A model generated the notes under the pieces. That model saw only the letters and a list, made by a program, of their open reading frames with translations. It was not told the DNA's origin and searched no databases. From a virus, in IMG/VR virus record IMGVR_UViG_3300027749_000060, positions 32,001-96,000 of that record: DNA of 64,000 nucleotides. One strand, 5' to 3'. Shown in pieces: positions 17,946 to 29,300 of this stretch. Each line of letters opens with the position of its first letter. Positions within the stretch are counted from its first letter, which is position 1. Both the position numbers and the translations under genes were made by a program.

Positions 17946-20219
17946 ATGGCTGACAACGGTGCTTATGCACGATATCTTGAAGCTCAAAGGCAACAAGCCA
18001 TTAAAGATAACAAGGCTAAATTTTCAGCTGTATCTAAAGCAGAAGATGATAAAATAAAACTCCGTGGCGCCGGGTACGGCGATTTAAGTACCGGTGCTCA
18101 AATAAACAATAGAGCCAATGGCAAATTACTTAGATCGGGCGGATCCCCGGCAGTGGGCACATCGGGCAAAGTATCCGACCCGTATGCTGATAATAGAAAA
18201 AATGCAGGTAAAGGTGGGTATGACGAAGCAGGTGACCCAATTGACAATTATTCTTCTAATAGAAAAAATGCAGGTAAAAGTGGGTATGATGAAGCAGGCG
18301 ACCCAGTTGATCCGTATGCAAAAGACCGTGCCAATGCTGGTCAGTCTGGATACGATGAAGCCGGTACAAAAATTAATAGTGACGGCACACCAGGCGGATC
18401 TCAAAAAGTAAATTCCAATGGGGAATCTAGTTCAAGCGACTCGGGCGGCGGTGGTGGTGGAAGTGGCAACCCACTGGATCAATACGCCAACTATACATAT
18501 GGTTTAAGCCTGCATGTAATTAAACCCGAAGAATACGAGGGATTAAAGCCAGGGTACAATCCCGATGGAAAAGTTTTAATTGCCAGCGGTGGCCGGCAAG
18601 GTAGCGGATTTGGGCGTATTGCAGGATTCCAGTCTGATTTCTATTTTGATAATTTTAGGATGACTACAATAATAGGAATGAATCAACGCACTCGCGGCAG
18701 TAATGTAATAGATATGCAATTTACAGTACTAGAACCGTTTGGCATGACACTATTAGATAAGATACTTAAAGTAGCAGATCTACTTGGAGCAAAAAATTGG
18801 AACGAAATGCCGTTTGTAATGCAAATTGATTTCTTTGCTAATACCAACGATGATAGGTCTGTATTAATATCAGGGCATACAAAATATATTCCTATTAAAT
18901 TAATTGAATGTAAAATATCAGCAACTTCAAATGGCGCAAGTTATCAATTCCATGGTATTCCATACAATCACGCTGCTTTTCAAACTAATTCTGTTTCTAC
19001 CCCAGCCTTTAATGAAGTAACTGCCAAAACTGTTAAAGAATTTTTTAGCAGTGACAGTAAAGACAAAGGCAGCTATGCATTGGCATTAAATAATTATCAG
19101 AAAAAATTAGCGGCAGATGAAGCTAAGTATCAAGAATTTCCTGACATATATGAATTTAAGATTGATTCAGAAATAGGTGATGCTAAGATTGTATACGAAA
19201 AAAGAAATAACGTAAAATCTGCACCAATGGCAAGTAAATCAAATAAAACAGCCACAAAGGACGACGGAAAACGTGCCGCCGAAGGTGGATCTGCTGCACA
19301 ATTGGATTTAGAATATCAAGCGATTCCTATCAACGCAGGAACTTCCATTATTGATGTAATCAGCCAAGTTATAAGAAATAGTAGTTATATGGCGGAACAA
19401 GTTGGTAAAGGTGGCGACGACCTTATAAAATCTTGGAGGGTTATTCCTGAAATTAAAATATTAAAATTTGATAATTATAGAAAAATTTATCAGAAAAAAT
19501 TTACTTATCATGTTAAAAAAGCTGATTATCATAATACAAAATATCCAGATGCTCCAATGAAAATGCCAACAAAGATTTCTAGGAAATATAATTATTTGTA
19601 TACTGGAAAAAATCAAGATGTATTGGATTTTGCTATAGATTTTAATGTGGTATTTTATACAGCAATGACTGCAAACAGAGATAAATTGAAAAAAGTTGAA
19701 GTTGATAAAGAAACCAAAAAAAATGAAAAAGATAAAGGTGTAAGTGCGTCGGCCAGCCCAAATAAATTAGATCCAAAACATGTAAAGACTGTTGCTACCC
19801 AAGCCGATGTAGCAACCTCTGCCCAAGGAGCAAACGATGCAAAAAATGTGTCATCGAATGATTTAGTTAGATCAATGTTCACCGATTCTCGTGGTGATAT
19901 GATTAATATTAATTTAAAAATATCAGGGGATCCTGCATATATCAAACAAGATGATGTATTTTTTAAACCTTCTGCCAGTAACAATTCTGCAGGAACAATT
20001 GACCAGCACGGTAGTTTTTCCACGGACAACGGCGAGCTATTTGTTGAAGTTAATTTCAGAACTCCGTCGGACATAAATCCAAGTACTGATACGTATGATT
20101 TTAGCAATAGTGAAAAAACAGCGTTTAGTGGAACATATAGGGTAATGACAGTTGACAATGTTCTTGAAAGAGGACAATTCACTCAAACGTTGTCGTTGAT
20201 TAAAGTTTTTCCAGCATAA
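17946..20219 (+). CDS. Baseplate hub-like protein with N-terminal repeats
   Basis: Between gp53 and gp5; C-terminal ISGDP...FSGTYRV..V...F.Q.L.L; three NAGKxGYDEAG repeats at ~18190-18365. Confidence 0.6.
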   Translation: MADNGAYARYLEAQRQQAIKDNKAKFSAVSKAEDDKIKLRGAGYGDLSTGAQINNRANGKLLRSGGSPAVGTSGKVSDPYADNRKNAGKGGYDEAGDPIDNYSSNRKNAGKSGYDEAGDPVDPYAKDRANAGQSGYDEAGTKINSDGTPGGSQKVNSNGESSSSDSGGGGGGSGNPLDQYANYTYGLSLHVIKPEEYEGLKPGYNPDGKVLIASGGRQGSGFGRIAGFQSDFYFDNFRMTTIIGMNQRTRGSNVIDMQFTVLEPFGMTLLDKILKVADLLGAKNWNEMPFVMQIDFFANTNDDRSVLISGHTKYIPIKLIECKISATSNGASYQFHGIPYNHAAFQTNSVSTPAFNEVTAKTVKEFFSSDSKDKGSYALALNNYQKKLAADEAKYQEFPDIYEFKIDSEIGDAKIVYEKRNNVKSAPMASKSNKTATKDDGKRAAEGGSAAQLDLEYQAIPINAGTSIIDVISQVIRNSSYMAEQVGKGGDDLIKSWRVIPEIKILKFDNYRKIYQKKFTYHVKKADYHNTKYPDAPMKMPTKISRKYNYLYTGKNQDVLDFAIDFNVVFYTAMTANRDKLKKVEVDKETKKNEKDKGVSASASPNKLDPKHVKTVATQADVATSAQGANDAKNVSSNDLVRSMFTDSRGDMININLKISGDPAYIKQDDVFFKPSASNNSAGTIDQHGSFSTDNGELFVEVNFRTPSDINPSTDTYDFSNSEKTAFSGTYRVMTVDNVLERGQFTQTLSLIKVFPA

Positions 20220-20231
20220 GAGCAAATAAAA

Positions 20232-22376
20232 ATGTCTAAAACAGATAGAAGAATAGGAAAAAAAGTACCTGACTATATACGCAGGGAAGATGCTGCGGGC
20301 GTAAGATTTGATTCGGGTCCGTATGTAGGAAAAATAAAAAACAACTACGATACTATTCGCCAAGGGAGACTTCAAGTATGGATTCCTGATTTAGGCGGTG
20401 GTGACGAAGACGATGTCTCAAATTGGCGAACCGTTAGCTATGCAAGTCCATTCTTTGGTTCTACGTATCAAGAACCCGACAATAAGAAAAATACATTTAA
20501 AGATGTAAGACATACTTACGGGTTCTGGTTTACACCACCAGATATAGACAATTTTGTTATGTGTACTTTTATTGCCGGAGATCCTCAACGCGGATTTTGG
20601 TTTGCATGTATACCATCGCAATTAGGGCAACATATGGTTCCTGCTATAGCAGGAACGAGTAGCTACGACACTGAGGGAATTACCAATAGTGCAGTGCAAA
20701 AAATGAACAAGCCGTCGGTGTTGCCGGTAGTTGAATTTAACGAAAACAAAGAACAGGATTGGACAGATTTCACTGGGCTAAAGAAGCCGTTACACGAAAC
20801 ACAAATTGAGATATTAATAACACAGGGTCTTGATAGGGACACAGATCGAGGAGTAGTAAGCAGCAGTAGCCAACGCGAGAGCCCTAGTAGGGTGTTTGGA
20901 ATTAGTACCCCGGGGCAACCCGAATCGGGTGCTACTAAAGACGAATTTGTTTATACACGTAAAGGTGGACACACTTTAGTAATGGACGATGGTGATTTTA
21001 AAGACAAAAATAGAATATTTAGATTGCGATCGTCAGGTGGCCATCAAATTATAATGAATGACACCCAGGATATATTTTATATTGGTAACAGTAAGGGAAC
21101 AGCCTGGGTTGAATTAACCGAAGCAGGAGCAGTTAATATCTTTAGTGACACAGATATAAACTTTAGAGCAAAAGGTGATTTTAATTTCCATGCTGATAAA
21201 GATTTTAAAATACATGTAGGTGGCAAATTTAGTTTATTTGCTAAAACATCTATCCAATCAGAATCTGAACTAATAACATCAACCTCTAGTGCAAAGACCA
21301 CTATATTTGGTAACGGTGTTGAAATTGGCAGCGAGTCTACTATTGATATTAATCCTGCAGGAGCAGGTAGTTTCACATGTGGGCCCACATTAACAATGTC
21401 GGCGGGCACAATAAAATTAAATTCTGGTAGTGGCCCAACAGTATCAAAACCTGACAAGATTACAGTCAACGATGTAAATGAAGCCGAACTTGACGGAAGT
21501 GGACAATGGCAAACTAAAGCAGCCGCATTAAAAAGCATTGCAAGTGTTGTTCCAACGCACGAGCCGTGGCCTCGCAAAGGTGGAAAACCAAATGCAGCAG
21601 CTAGCGGCGCATCAAGTGCAGCAGGCGGTGGTAGTAGCAGCACCAGTGGAGGTGGCAACACTGGCGGCAACACTGGCAGCGGCAACTCCACATTAAATTC
21701 AGGTACAGGTGGTGCAGCTACAGATGGTAAAGGAAATCCGGCTGTTAGTGGCCAGTCGGGCGACGGCGGCGGCCCTAATGCCGCAGCGTCACAAAGTGTT
21801 AAAAATCCAGCATCAAAATCGTCTATGTACAATAAGGACAATCCAACTCCTACTACAGGGGTAGGCCCATTGGATCCTATAGATAAAAAAGCACTTAAAA
21901 CACAAATAGCTCATAACGAAAGTGGCGGCAGGTATGATATAGTTGAAGCTAAGAGAGGCAACTATTTAGGAAAATATCAAATGGGCGCAGGTGCGTTAGT
22001 TGGCGAGGGATATATTAAACCTGATGCGTATGCTAAATATGGGTCATCCGCAGTTAATTATCCCTCAAGCTGGACCGGTAAAGGCGGAGTATCATCAAAA
22101 GAAGACTTTTTAAATAATCACGATGCACAGGAAAAATCAATGGATGGTCTACTAGATAAAAATTATTCCACGTTACAGAGAACTGGCGGAGTCAAACCCG
22201 GAGACAGTAAAGAAACTGTATCCGGTATGTTGGCAACAAGTCACCTATTAGGTGCAGGAGGTGCAACAACATGGCGTAAAACAGGTGGCGGCGCAGATGC
22301 CAATGGTACATCGGGTACCTCTTATTATAACATGGGCCGGTATGCATCTAATGTGCTAGCCAAACAAACTGCTTAA
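20232..22376 (+). CDS. gp5: Tail spike gp5/VgrG-like protein with C-terminal lysozyme-like domain
   Basis: OB-fold (D..RQGRLQVWIP, PDIDN.V...F..GD), beta-helix repeats (GGHTLVMDD, GHQIIMND), then ESGGRY...GKYQM. Confidence 0.8.
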   Translation: MSKTDRRIGKKVPDYIRREDAAGVRFDSGPYVGKIKNNYDTIRQGRLQVWIPDLGGGDEDDVSNWRTVSYASPFFGSTYQEPDNKKNTFKDVRHTYGFWFTPPDIDNFVMCTFIAGDPQRGFWFACIPSQLGQHMVPAIAGTSSYDTEGITNSAVQKMNKPSVLPVVEFNENKEQDWTDFTGLKKPLHETQIEILITQGLDRDTDRGVVSSSSQRESPSRVFGISTPGQPESGATKDEFVYTRKGGHTLVMDDGDFKDKNRIFRLRSSGGHQIIMNDTQDIFYIGNSKGTAWVELTEAGAVNIFSDTDINFRAKGDFNFHADKDFKIHVGGKFSLFAKTSIQSESELITSTSSAKTTIFGNGVEIGSESTIDINPAGAGSFTCGPTLTMSAGTIKLNSGSGPTVSKPDKITVNDVNEAELDGSGQWQTKAAALKSIASVVPTHEPWPRKGGKPNAAASGASSAAGGGSSSTSGGGNTGGNTGSGNSTLNSGTGGAATDGKGNPAVSGQSGDGGGPNAAASQSVKNPASKSSMYNKDNPTPTTGVGPLDPIDKKALKTQIAHNESGGRYDIVEAKRGNYLGKYQMGAGALVGEGYIKPDAYAKYGSSAVNYPSSWTGKGGVSSKEDFLNNHDAQEKSMDGLLDKNYSTLQRTGGVKPGDSKETVSGMLATSHLLGAGGATTWRKTGGGADANGTSGTSYYNMGRYASNVLAKQTA

Positions 22377-22384
22377 ATACTATT

Positions 22385-22759
22385 ATGACTACATACAAAG
22401 GATTCAGTACTTACAACAGAATGCGTAAATTTACGCTAACTGACTTTGACTTGATTAAGCAAGATTTATTTAATCATTTTTCAATTCGCAAAGGTGAAAA
22501 ACTAATGAATCCAAAATTTGGGACAATTATTTGGGGTCTTTTATTTGAACCAATGTCCCCGGATATTAAAGCATTAGTGTCCCAAGACGTTAAAGAAATC
22601 ATTGACTACGATCCAAGAATTTCGGCTGATAGAATATCAGTGACTGAATTTGAACACGGGATTCAGATCAATTTGAATATACGTTATGTATTAACGAATC
22701 AAACTGGAACAATGGCGTTAAAATTTAGTAGAGCTTCAAATCAATTAACTTATAGTTAA
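22385..22759 (+). CDS. gp25: Baseplate wedge protein gp25-like
   Basis: RKGEKLMNPKFGT...LLFEP...YDPRI. Confidence 0.9.
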   Translation: MTTYKGFSTYNRMRKFTLTDFDLIKQDLFNHFSIRKGEKLMNPKFGTIIWGLLFEPMSPDIKALVSQDVKEIIDYDPRISADRISVTEFEHGIQINLNIRYVLTNQTGTMALKFSRASNQLTYS

Positions 22760-22806
22760 CAACCCACTTTTATTACATAATAAATATATGAACAGAGTCT
22801 TATAAC

Positions 22807-25800
22807 ATGGCTATTATATCTCGACAAACCGGACTGCTCGCAGCAGAAAACTGGAAAAAAATCTATCAGACCTTCCGCGAGGCCGATTTTACTACCTACG
22901 ACTTTGAAACTCTGCGCAAGAGTATGATTGATTATATCAAGCTATACTATCCTGAGGACTTTAACGATTTTACAGAAAGTAGTGAATTTGTTGCATTGAT
23001 TGATTTAATAGCATTCATGGGGCAAAATTTAGCATTTAGGACCGATTTAAATGCTCGAGAAAACTTTATTGACACTGCTGAACGCAGAGAAAGTATATTA
23101 AAACTAGCAAAATTGGTTAGCTACAACCCTAAAAGAAATGTACCGGCTAGTGGATATTTAAAAATTGAAAGTGTAAGCACTACCGAATCGCTATTTGATA
23201 GCAATGGATTTGATCTAAGTAATACTATTATTACTTGGAATGACCCAGCTAATGATAATTGGCTAGAACAATTTACTACCATTTTAAATGCATCGTTGGT
23301 TGGTAGCCAAATAATAGGAAAACCTGCTCATAGTCAAGTTATAAATGGAATTATGACTGACGAATACAGCATAAACAATATAACTACTGCGGTTCCTATT
23401 TTCAGATTTGAAGCAACAATTGAAGATACTACATCTTCATTTGAAGTGGTTAGCGGAACAAGTTTAGGAAAAACATATATATACGAAGCTGCGCCCGACT
23501 ACGAAAAAGCGTTTAATGTTTTGTATAGATCTGACAACAACGGCAACTCCAGTAACAGTACAGGATTTTTCTTTTATTTCAAACAAGGCGAAATGTCTAG
23601 TTTTGATTTTAATATACCCGAGGCTGTGCCAAACAAAGTTGTTAGCATTGATATTAACAATATTAACAATACTGATGTATGGTTATATAAATTAAACACC
23701 GACGGTACAACGCAATCACTATGGTCGGCTGTTCCTTCTACTACTGGTATTAACATTATATACAACAAAGTTGAAGATAGAAATTTATATCAAATTGGTA
23801 CAAGAACATCAGACCAAATTAACTTAACTTTTGGTGACGGATCATTCTCAAATGTGCCACAAGGCGACTTCAGATTATACTATAGAACTAGTAATGGATT
23901 AAATTATAAAATAACACCCAACGAGATGCGATCTATTGCTATATCTATTAGATATATTAGTAGAAAAAATAGGCCAGAAACAGTTACAATTCGTGCTAGT
24001 TTAAAATATACAGTAGTAAATGCAGTACCAACTGAGTCAACAGATGCAATAAGACAAAAAGCACCACAACAATATTATACGCAAAATCGTATGATAACCG
24101 GTGAAGACTATAACATATTGCCTTACACATCTTTCAGCAATATTATTAAAGCCAAGTCTATTAATAGAACTAGTAGCGGTTTAAGTAGGTATCTTGACAT
24201 GTTAGATACAACTGGAAAGTACAGTAGCACTAATACATTTGGTCAAGATGGTGCAATTTACACTGAAAATTTCATAAACACATTTTCGTTTGGATTTGTA
24301 TCTGCTAACGATGTTCGTAAAATTGTATATAATCAAATAATTAATAAAATTATTCCTGATAAAAGATCGTTGCATTACTATTATAAAAATTTAACAATTA
24401 TTAATTCTGCTAATAGCTTAACACCGGCTACTGCTTTGGTTACAGGTAGACGTTATATCATTAATAAAGTTGGCGTCACCGACTTTACCCTATTAGGGGC
24501 TAGTAGGAATGCACCGGGCGTTAATTTTATAGCAACTGATCATGACACAAGAGATCCTAATTATTTTGCAACAACAGTTGGTCAAGCAATAGAGGCATCT
24601 ATATCTTGGCATTTAAGTACGGTAGGAAGTAATAGCTCAAATGGATATTTCATTGGACCTGCGTTTACTCCTTTATCGGTTCGAGCATTGGGGTCTGTAG
24701 CAAAATACCTCAGAGCAGGTGCAATAATAAGATTTGTTGCTCCGAACGGTAGTTACTTCAATGCAGGAAATAACTTAATAACAGGAGCACCGGTTGGCCC
24801 TGAAGATAAACTTGAATTATATGCGGCTGTGGTTGATATCATTGGTGATGGTACAAATGATGGATTGGGTAATTTTACCAATGGTGCAGGGCCAGTATCA
24901 TTGAACACTAAAATACCTACAGGGGCTATAATTAAATATATTGTGCCAGCATACAAAACTAATTTTGGAGCAGGATTTACAACCGCATTAGTTAATAATA
25001 TAACATCTTATAAGAATTTTGCTATATTATATAATTCAACAATGCAAAATTGGCAATTAGCAAGCCCAACAGACATAACAAATGATAAATGGTCAATTAA
25101 ATTTGATTACAGCAATGAAAATGGAACATATCTTGTTAGTTATAAAGGTATTAATTATATCTTCTATAGCCCAATGGAAACCACATTTTACTATGATCAA
25201 GCATTAAAAGTATATGATAGTAAAACAGCAAGTGTGATATACGATCATATAAAAATACTTGGAACGAATCCCGGGCCCGACTCACCAATGCCAATTGGAA
25301 AAACAGTTGTATGGGATGTTTTAGACAAAGTAACTAATTCGGATGGTACCATTGACAGTAGTAGAATATATATAACATATTCAGATTCTGACAATGACGG
25401 AGTTCCTGACGATCCAAACATATTTAACATAGTGGTTAATCCAGAAGTGAATCCAATAAGCAAATTGGTATTTTTTGAATTAACTACAAGTACAGGATAT
25501 ACAAAATACGTAAACTTGGATATATTAGATCTGTCAAGAGTTACTACGCAGTTCAATACAAGGTCACAAATTGTTGCCGTATCGGCATCTTACTCAGTGG
25601 GAGATATATTTTATGCGCCCGGCGATGATGCATTTTATTCAATTTTGCATTCAAAGACCGAAAACGCTAACTATGTTAGTGAAAGTTTAACAAAATACAA
25701 ATATTTTACTGGCAGACAAAATCTGAATTATCAATATAGACATAATTCTCCTAATACACGTAGGATTGATCCTAGTGTTAGTAATATTATAGATATATAT

Positions 25801-26352
25801 CTTCTAACATCTGCATACGACACCGACTATAGAGCATGGATCAACGATACATCAAATTCAATTAGTCAGCCGTCACCGCCTACTAGCACTGAGTTATCGT
25901 TATCGTTCTCAGGACTAAATGAAATTAAATCAATCAGCGACACTGTTGTATTTCAAAATGCAATATATAAACCTATTTTTGGATTAAAAGCTATTAATAA
26001 TTTACAGGCAATATTTAAAGTTGTAAAAAATCCAAATTTGAATATCAGTGATGCAGATATCAAAGTGTCTGTTATTAATGCTATAAATGACTATTTTAGT
26101 ATTGACAATTGGGACTTTGGTGAAACATTTTATTTCAGTGAATTGTCTGCCTATTTACATCAAATTTTAAGCCCTAACATTGCTAGTATTATTATTGTTC
26201 CAAGAGATAGTACAATTAAATTTGGTACTCTTTATCAAATTAATGCAGAGGCAAATGAAATTATTATTAGTGCTGCTACAGTTGAAAATGTCGAAATCAT
26301 AAGCGCAGTTACGGCAATGCAATTAAATCAAGGCGTGTCCCTGACTTATTAA
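22807..26352 (+). CDS. gp6: Baseplate wedge protein gp6-like
   Basis: DFETLR, ENFIDTAERRESILKLA, FGDG, QNRMITGEDY. Confidence 0.88.
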   Translation: MAIISRQTGLLAAENWKKIYQTFREADFTTYDFETLRKSMIDYIKLYYPEDFNDFTESSEFVALIDLIAFMGQNLAFRTDLNARENFIDTAERRESILKLAKLVSYNPKRNVPASGYLKIESVSTTESLFDSNGFDLSNTIITWNDPANDNWLEQFTTILNASLVGSQIIGKPAHSQVINGIMTDEYSINNITTAVPIFRFEATIEDTTSSFEVVSGTSLGKTYIYEAAPDYEKAFNVLYRSDNNGNSSNSTGFFFYFKQGEMSSFDFNIPEAVPNKVVSIDINNINNTDVWLYKLNTDGTTQSLWSAVPSTTGINIIYNKVEDRNLYQIGTRTSDQINLTFGDGSFSNVPQGDFRLYYRTSNGLNYKITPNEMRSIAISIRYISRKNRPETVTIRASLKYTVVNAVPTESTDAIRQKAPQQYYTQNRMITGEDYNILPYTSFSNIIKAKSINRTSSGLSRYLDMLDTTGKYSSTNTFGQDGAIYTENFINTFSFGFVSANDVRKIVYNQIINKIIPDKRSLHYYYKNLTIINSANSLTPATALVTGRRYIINKVGVTDFTLLGASRNAPGVNFIATDHDTRDPNYFATTVGQAIEASISWHLSTVGSNSSNGYFIGPAFTPLSVRALGSVAKYLRAGAIIRFVAPNGSYFNAGNNLITGAPVGPEDKLELYAAVVDIIGDGTNDGLGNFTNGAGPVSLNTKIPTGAIIKYIVPAYKTNFGAGFTTALVNNITSYKNFAILYNSTMQNWQLASPTDITNDKWSIKFDYSNENGTYLVSYKGINYIFYSPMETTFYYDQALKVYDSKTASVIYDHIKILGTNPGPDSPMPIGKTVVWDVLDKVTNSDGTIDSSRIYITYSDSDNDGVPDDPNIFNIVVNPEVNPISKLVFFELTTSTGYTKYVNLDILDLSRVTTQFNTRSQIVAVSASYSVGDIFYAPGDDAFYSILHSKTENANYVSESLTKYKYFTGRQNLNYQYRHNSPNTRRIDPSVSNIIDIYLLTSAYDTDYRAWINDTSNSISQPSPPTSTELSLSFSGLNEIKSISDTVVFQNAIYKPIFGLKAINNLQAIFKVVKNPNLNISDADIKVSVINAINDYFSIDNWDFGETFYFSELSAYLHQILSPNIASIIIVPRDSTIKFGTLYQINAEANEIIISAATVENVEIISAVTAMQLNQGVSLTY

Positions 26353-26372
26353 AATATTACAATAGGTAAACA

Positions 26373-29300
26373 ATGGCAACTAGAAAGACACTAAATCTTC
26401 TTCCGAGTATATTTCAAACGGAAACCAATAAGAAATTTCTTGGTGCAACACTAGATCAATTGGTCAGCGAACCAGATATTTCCAAGTTCAATGGATTTAT
26501 AGGAAGAAAGTTTTCACCGGTTAATAAACCTAGTGATAATTTTATCAACGAGCCTACAGTTAGCAGAGAAAATTATCAATTTGAACCGGCTGTTGTTATT
26601 AAAAATACTAGTAATGGTATTGACCTATATGCAGATTACCAAGACCTATTAGAAAAAGTTGCAAATCATGGCGGGATAACAGAAAATCATAATAGATTAT
26701 TTGAATCAGAATATTATAGTTTTAATCCTAGAATTAATTTTGACAAATTTATTAACTATACCAGATATTTTTGGTTACCAACAGGTACCGATCCTGTAAC
26801 AGTATCTGCAGGCACACCCGGCAATGATAGAACATTTGTCATTACTAGAAATGATCCAGGCGGTTATGCTACTATAAATCAAGACTCCACTCCAAATTCA
26901 ACTATAACATTAGTACGTGGCGCAGTATATAAATTTAACGTCAACCAGCCCGGTGCCAAATTTTGGATTCAAACAGAAGTTGGTATAGATGGCTTTAAAG
27001 ATTTTAATCAAACTATCTCTACTAGAGATATTATTGGCATTGAAAATAACGGTGCCGAATCCGGAACTATTACTTTTACTGTGCCAGACAAAGATTCGCA
27101 AGATTATTATTTTAAAATGCCATCATTGGGATTTATTGATTATGCTATTAGTGAACCGTTCTCTGCAATTGACGGTCAGTTTTGGGTAAACGGTAATAAT
27201 GCAATGGATCAAATTGAAGGTTCAACTCGATATCCACAAGGTTATTATGTTGTTTTTACATCAACTAGTACAAATCCTGATAACTGGATTGATTATACGG
27301 GTAATCCAGTACCAATAGATAAACGACATGGTCTTTGGAAAATTACTATTAATCAAAATTCTAAAATACAAATGGAGTTTGTTAGAACAATACCGTTGGG
27401 GTATAAAATTAGAATTAATTATGGAGCAAATGCTGGTAAAGAATTCTTTAAAAATTCAGGAGATAATTTAGTACTATCTCCTCCAATTACTGCACCTTTA
27501 TCAACATTGTTTTATCAAGACGAAAACAATGAATCTATAGTGGGAAAAATCAACATTGTTGATTTTCCGGGTAATGCAATTAATGTTAATTCGGATATAT
27601 TGGGCAAGGTTACATACACTAGTCCTAACGGTGTAGTGTTTACCAATGGGTTAACAGTTGTTTTTGATAACACTGTATTTCCTAATTCGTATCGCAATTC
27701 AAAATATATCATTGAAGGTGTTGGAAAATCAATTAAATTAATTGATATAATATTATTAGAATCTGTTGAGAGCGTTGACACGAAATCTAGTGTGCCATTT
27801 GATCAAGAACCATTTGATACTCTTGGATTAGATCAACCAATAGCAAACAGTGTCGCTATACCCGACTATATTGTTATGAATAAATCAACAACAGATTTAA
27901 ATGCATGGGCTCGCGGCAATAGATGGTTCCACGAAGATATAATTGCAAAAGCAGCTGAATATAATAAAACAACAGTAAAGATTGATCCAACTAAAAGAGC
28001 AAATAGACCAATCATCGAATTTGAAGAAGATTTACAATTATTTAATAGTGGAAAGAACTTTCTTGCTATAATAGATAGGGCCGACACTAATTTTGTAGGA
28101 ACTGGCGAAAAAATATTAAATGCATACACTGATGTTAATGACAAATATGTCAATGATGCGTCTATTAGACGTTTAAATTATATAGAAAATCAAGTAGCTA
28201 TTTTCCCCAATGATATTAGTAGTAATGTTAGAAATGCATTATTTAGAATTGAATTTAAAAATCAAACTACTGCAACATCATTTAATGGAGTTGGCACCGG
28301 ATATGTTAACATACGTCAGGGATCAAATCGAGTTTATGAAAAAATATTAGATGGTAATAGAACAACATTCAGAGATCAATATATACCGGGTACATTGTTA
28401 TATGCAGTGGATAATACGTATATTGGAAAAATAAAATCAATTTTTAGTAACAACGAAATGATTTTAGAGTCGCCTGCATTAGTGACTCGTAACGAAGTAG
28501 TTGTAAAATTTAATTATCCTAAAATTACTTTACGCAAAATAAAGACAGCAGTCAATAATGATTCGGTGGTTGTCAGGACTGGACTTAATCAAAAAAACAC
28601 ATTCTGGTTAAATTCAGGAGTCTGGGCATATGCACAATATAAAAAAGATGTTAACACTCCTATTAAATTTGATGTAGTTGATAAAGATGGCATTAGTTTA
28701 TCTAGTCCATCTAAGTACACCGAAAGTAAATTTGCTGGAACAACTGTATTTTCTTATGACATAGGCAGTAGTATATCAGATCCTATACTTGGTATCAAAT
28801 TGCGGTATACTGGCATAGGTAATTCAATATCAGATATCAATTTTGTAAATTCTTTTGAAACTGATACATTTACATATAAACCATATGATTATAAAACATT
28901 AAATATTTCGTCGATTGGGTATTTAAGTAAACGCACTGGAAGAAATACTTATAGCTTGCTCACTGTTTGGCAATCTATATCAGAGCCTACAAAACAATAT
29001 CAACATATAGCAGATTTGTCCGATGGTACAACTAACTATTTTGAAATTGATATACTGCCCGGTGATATAGTAAATCAGCCAAACATAAAAGTTTTTGTTA
29101 ATAATGTACTAATTAAAAATGAAGATTTTGTTATAGAAACGGTAGGGATCAGACATGCTGTTAATATATTAACTACAGTCCTTGACGGTGATAAGATTGA
29201 TATATTAATTTATAATAAAAAATCAATTAGTGATCTTGGTTATTATCAAATTCCAAGTAACTTAGAATTTAATGCACAAAACTATGATATAACAAACGTA

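Noticed and set aside
16716-26352. Bacterial T6SS or extracellular contractile injection system
   Set aside because: Linked capsid, portal, protease and gp55 genes show this is a phage tail module.
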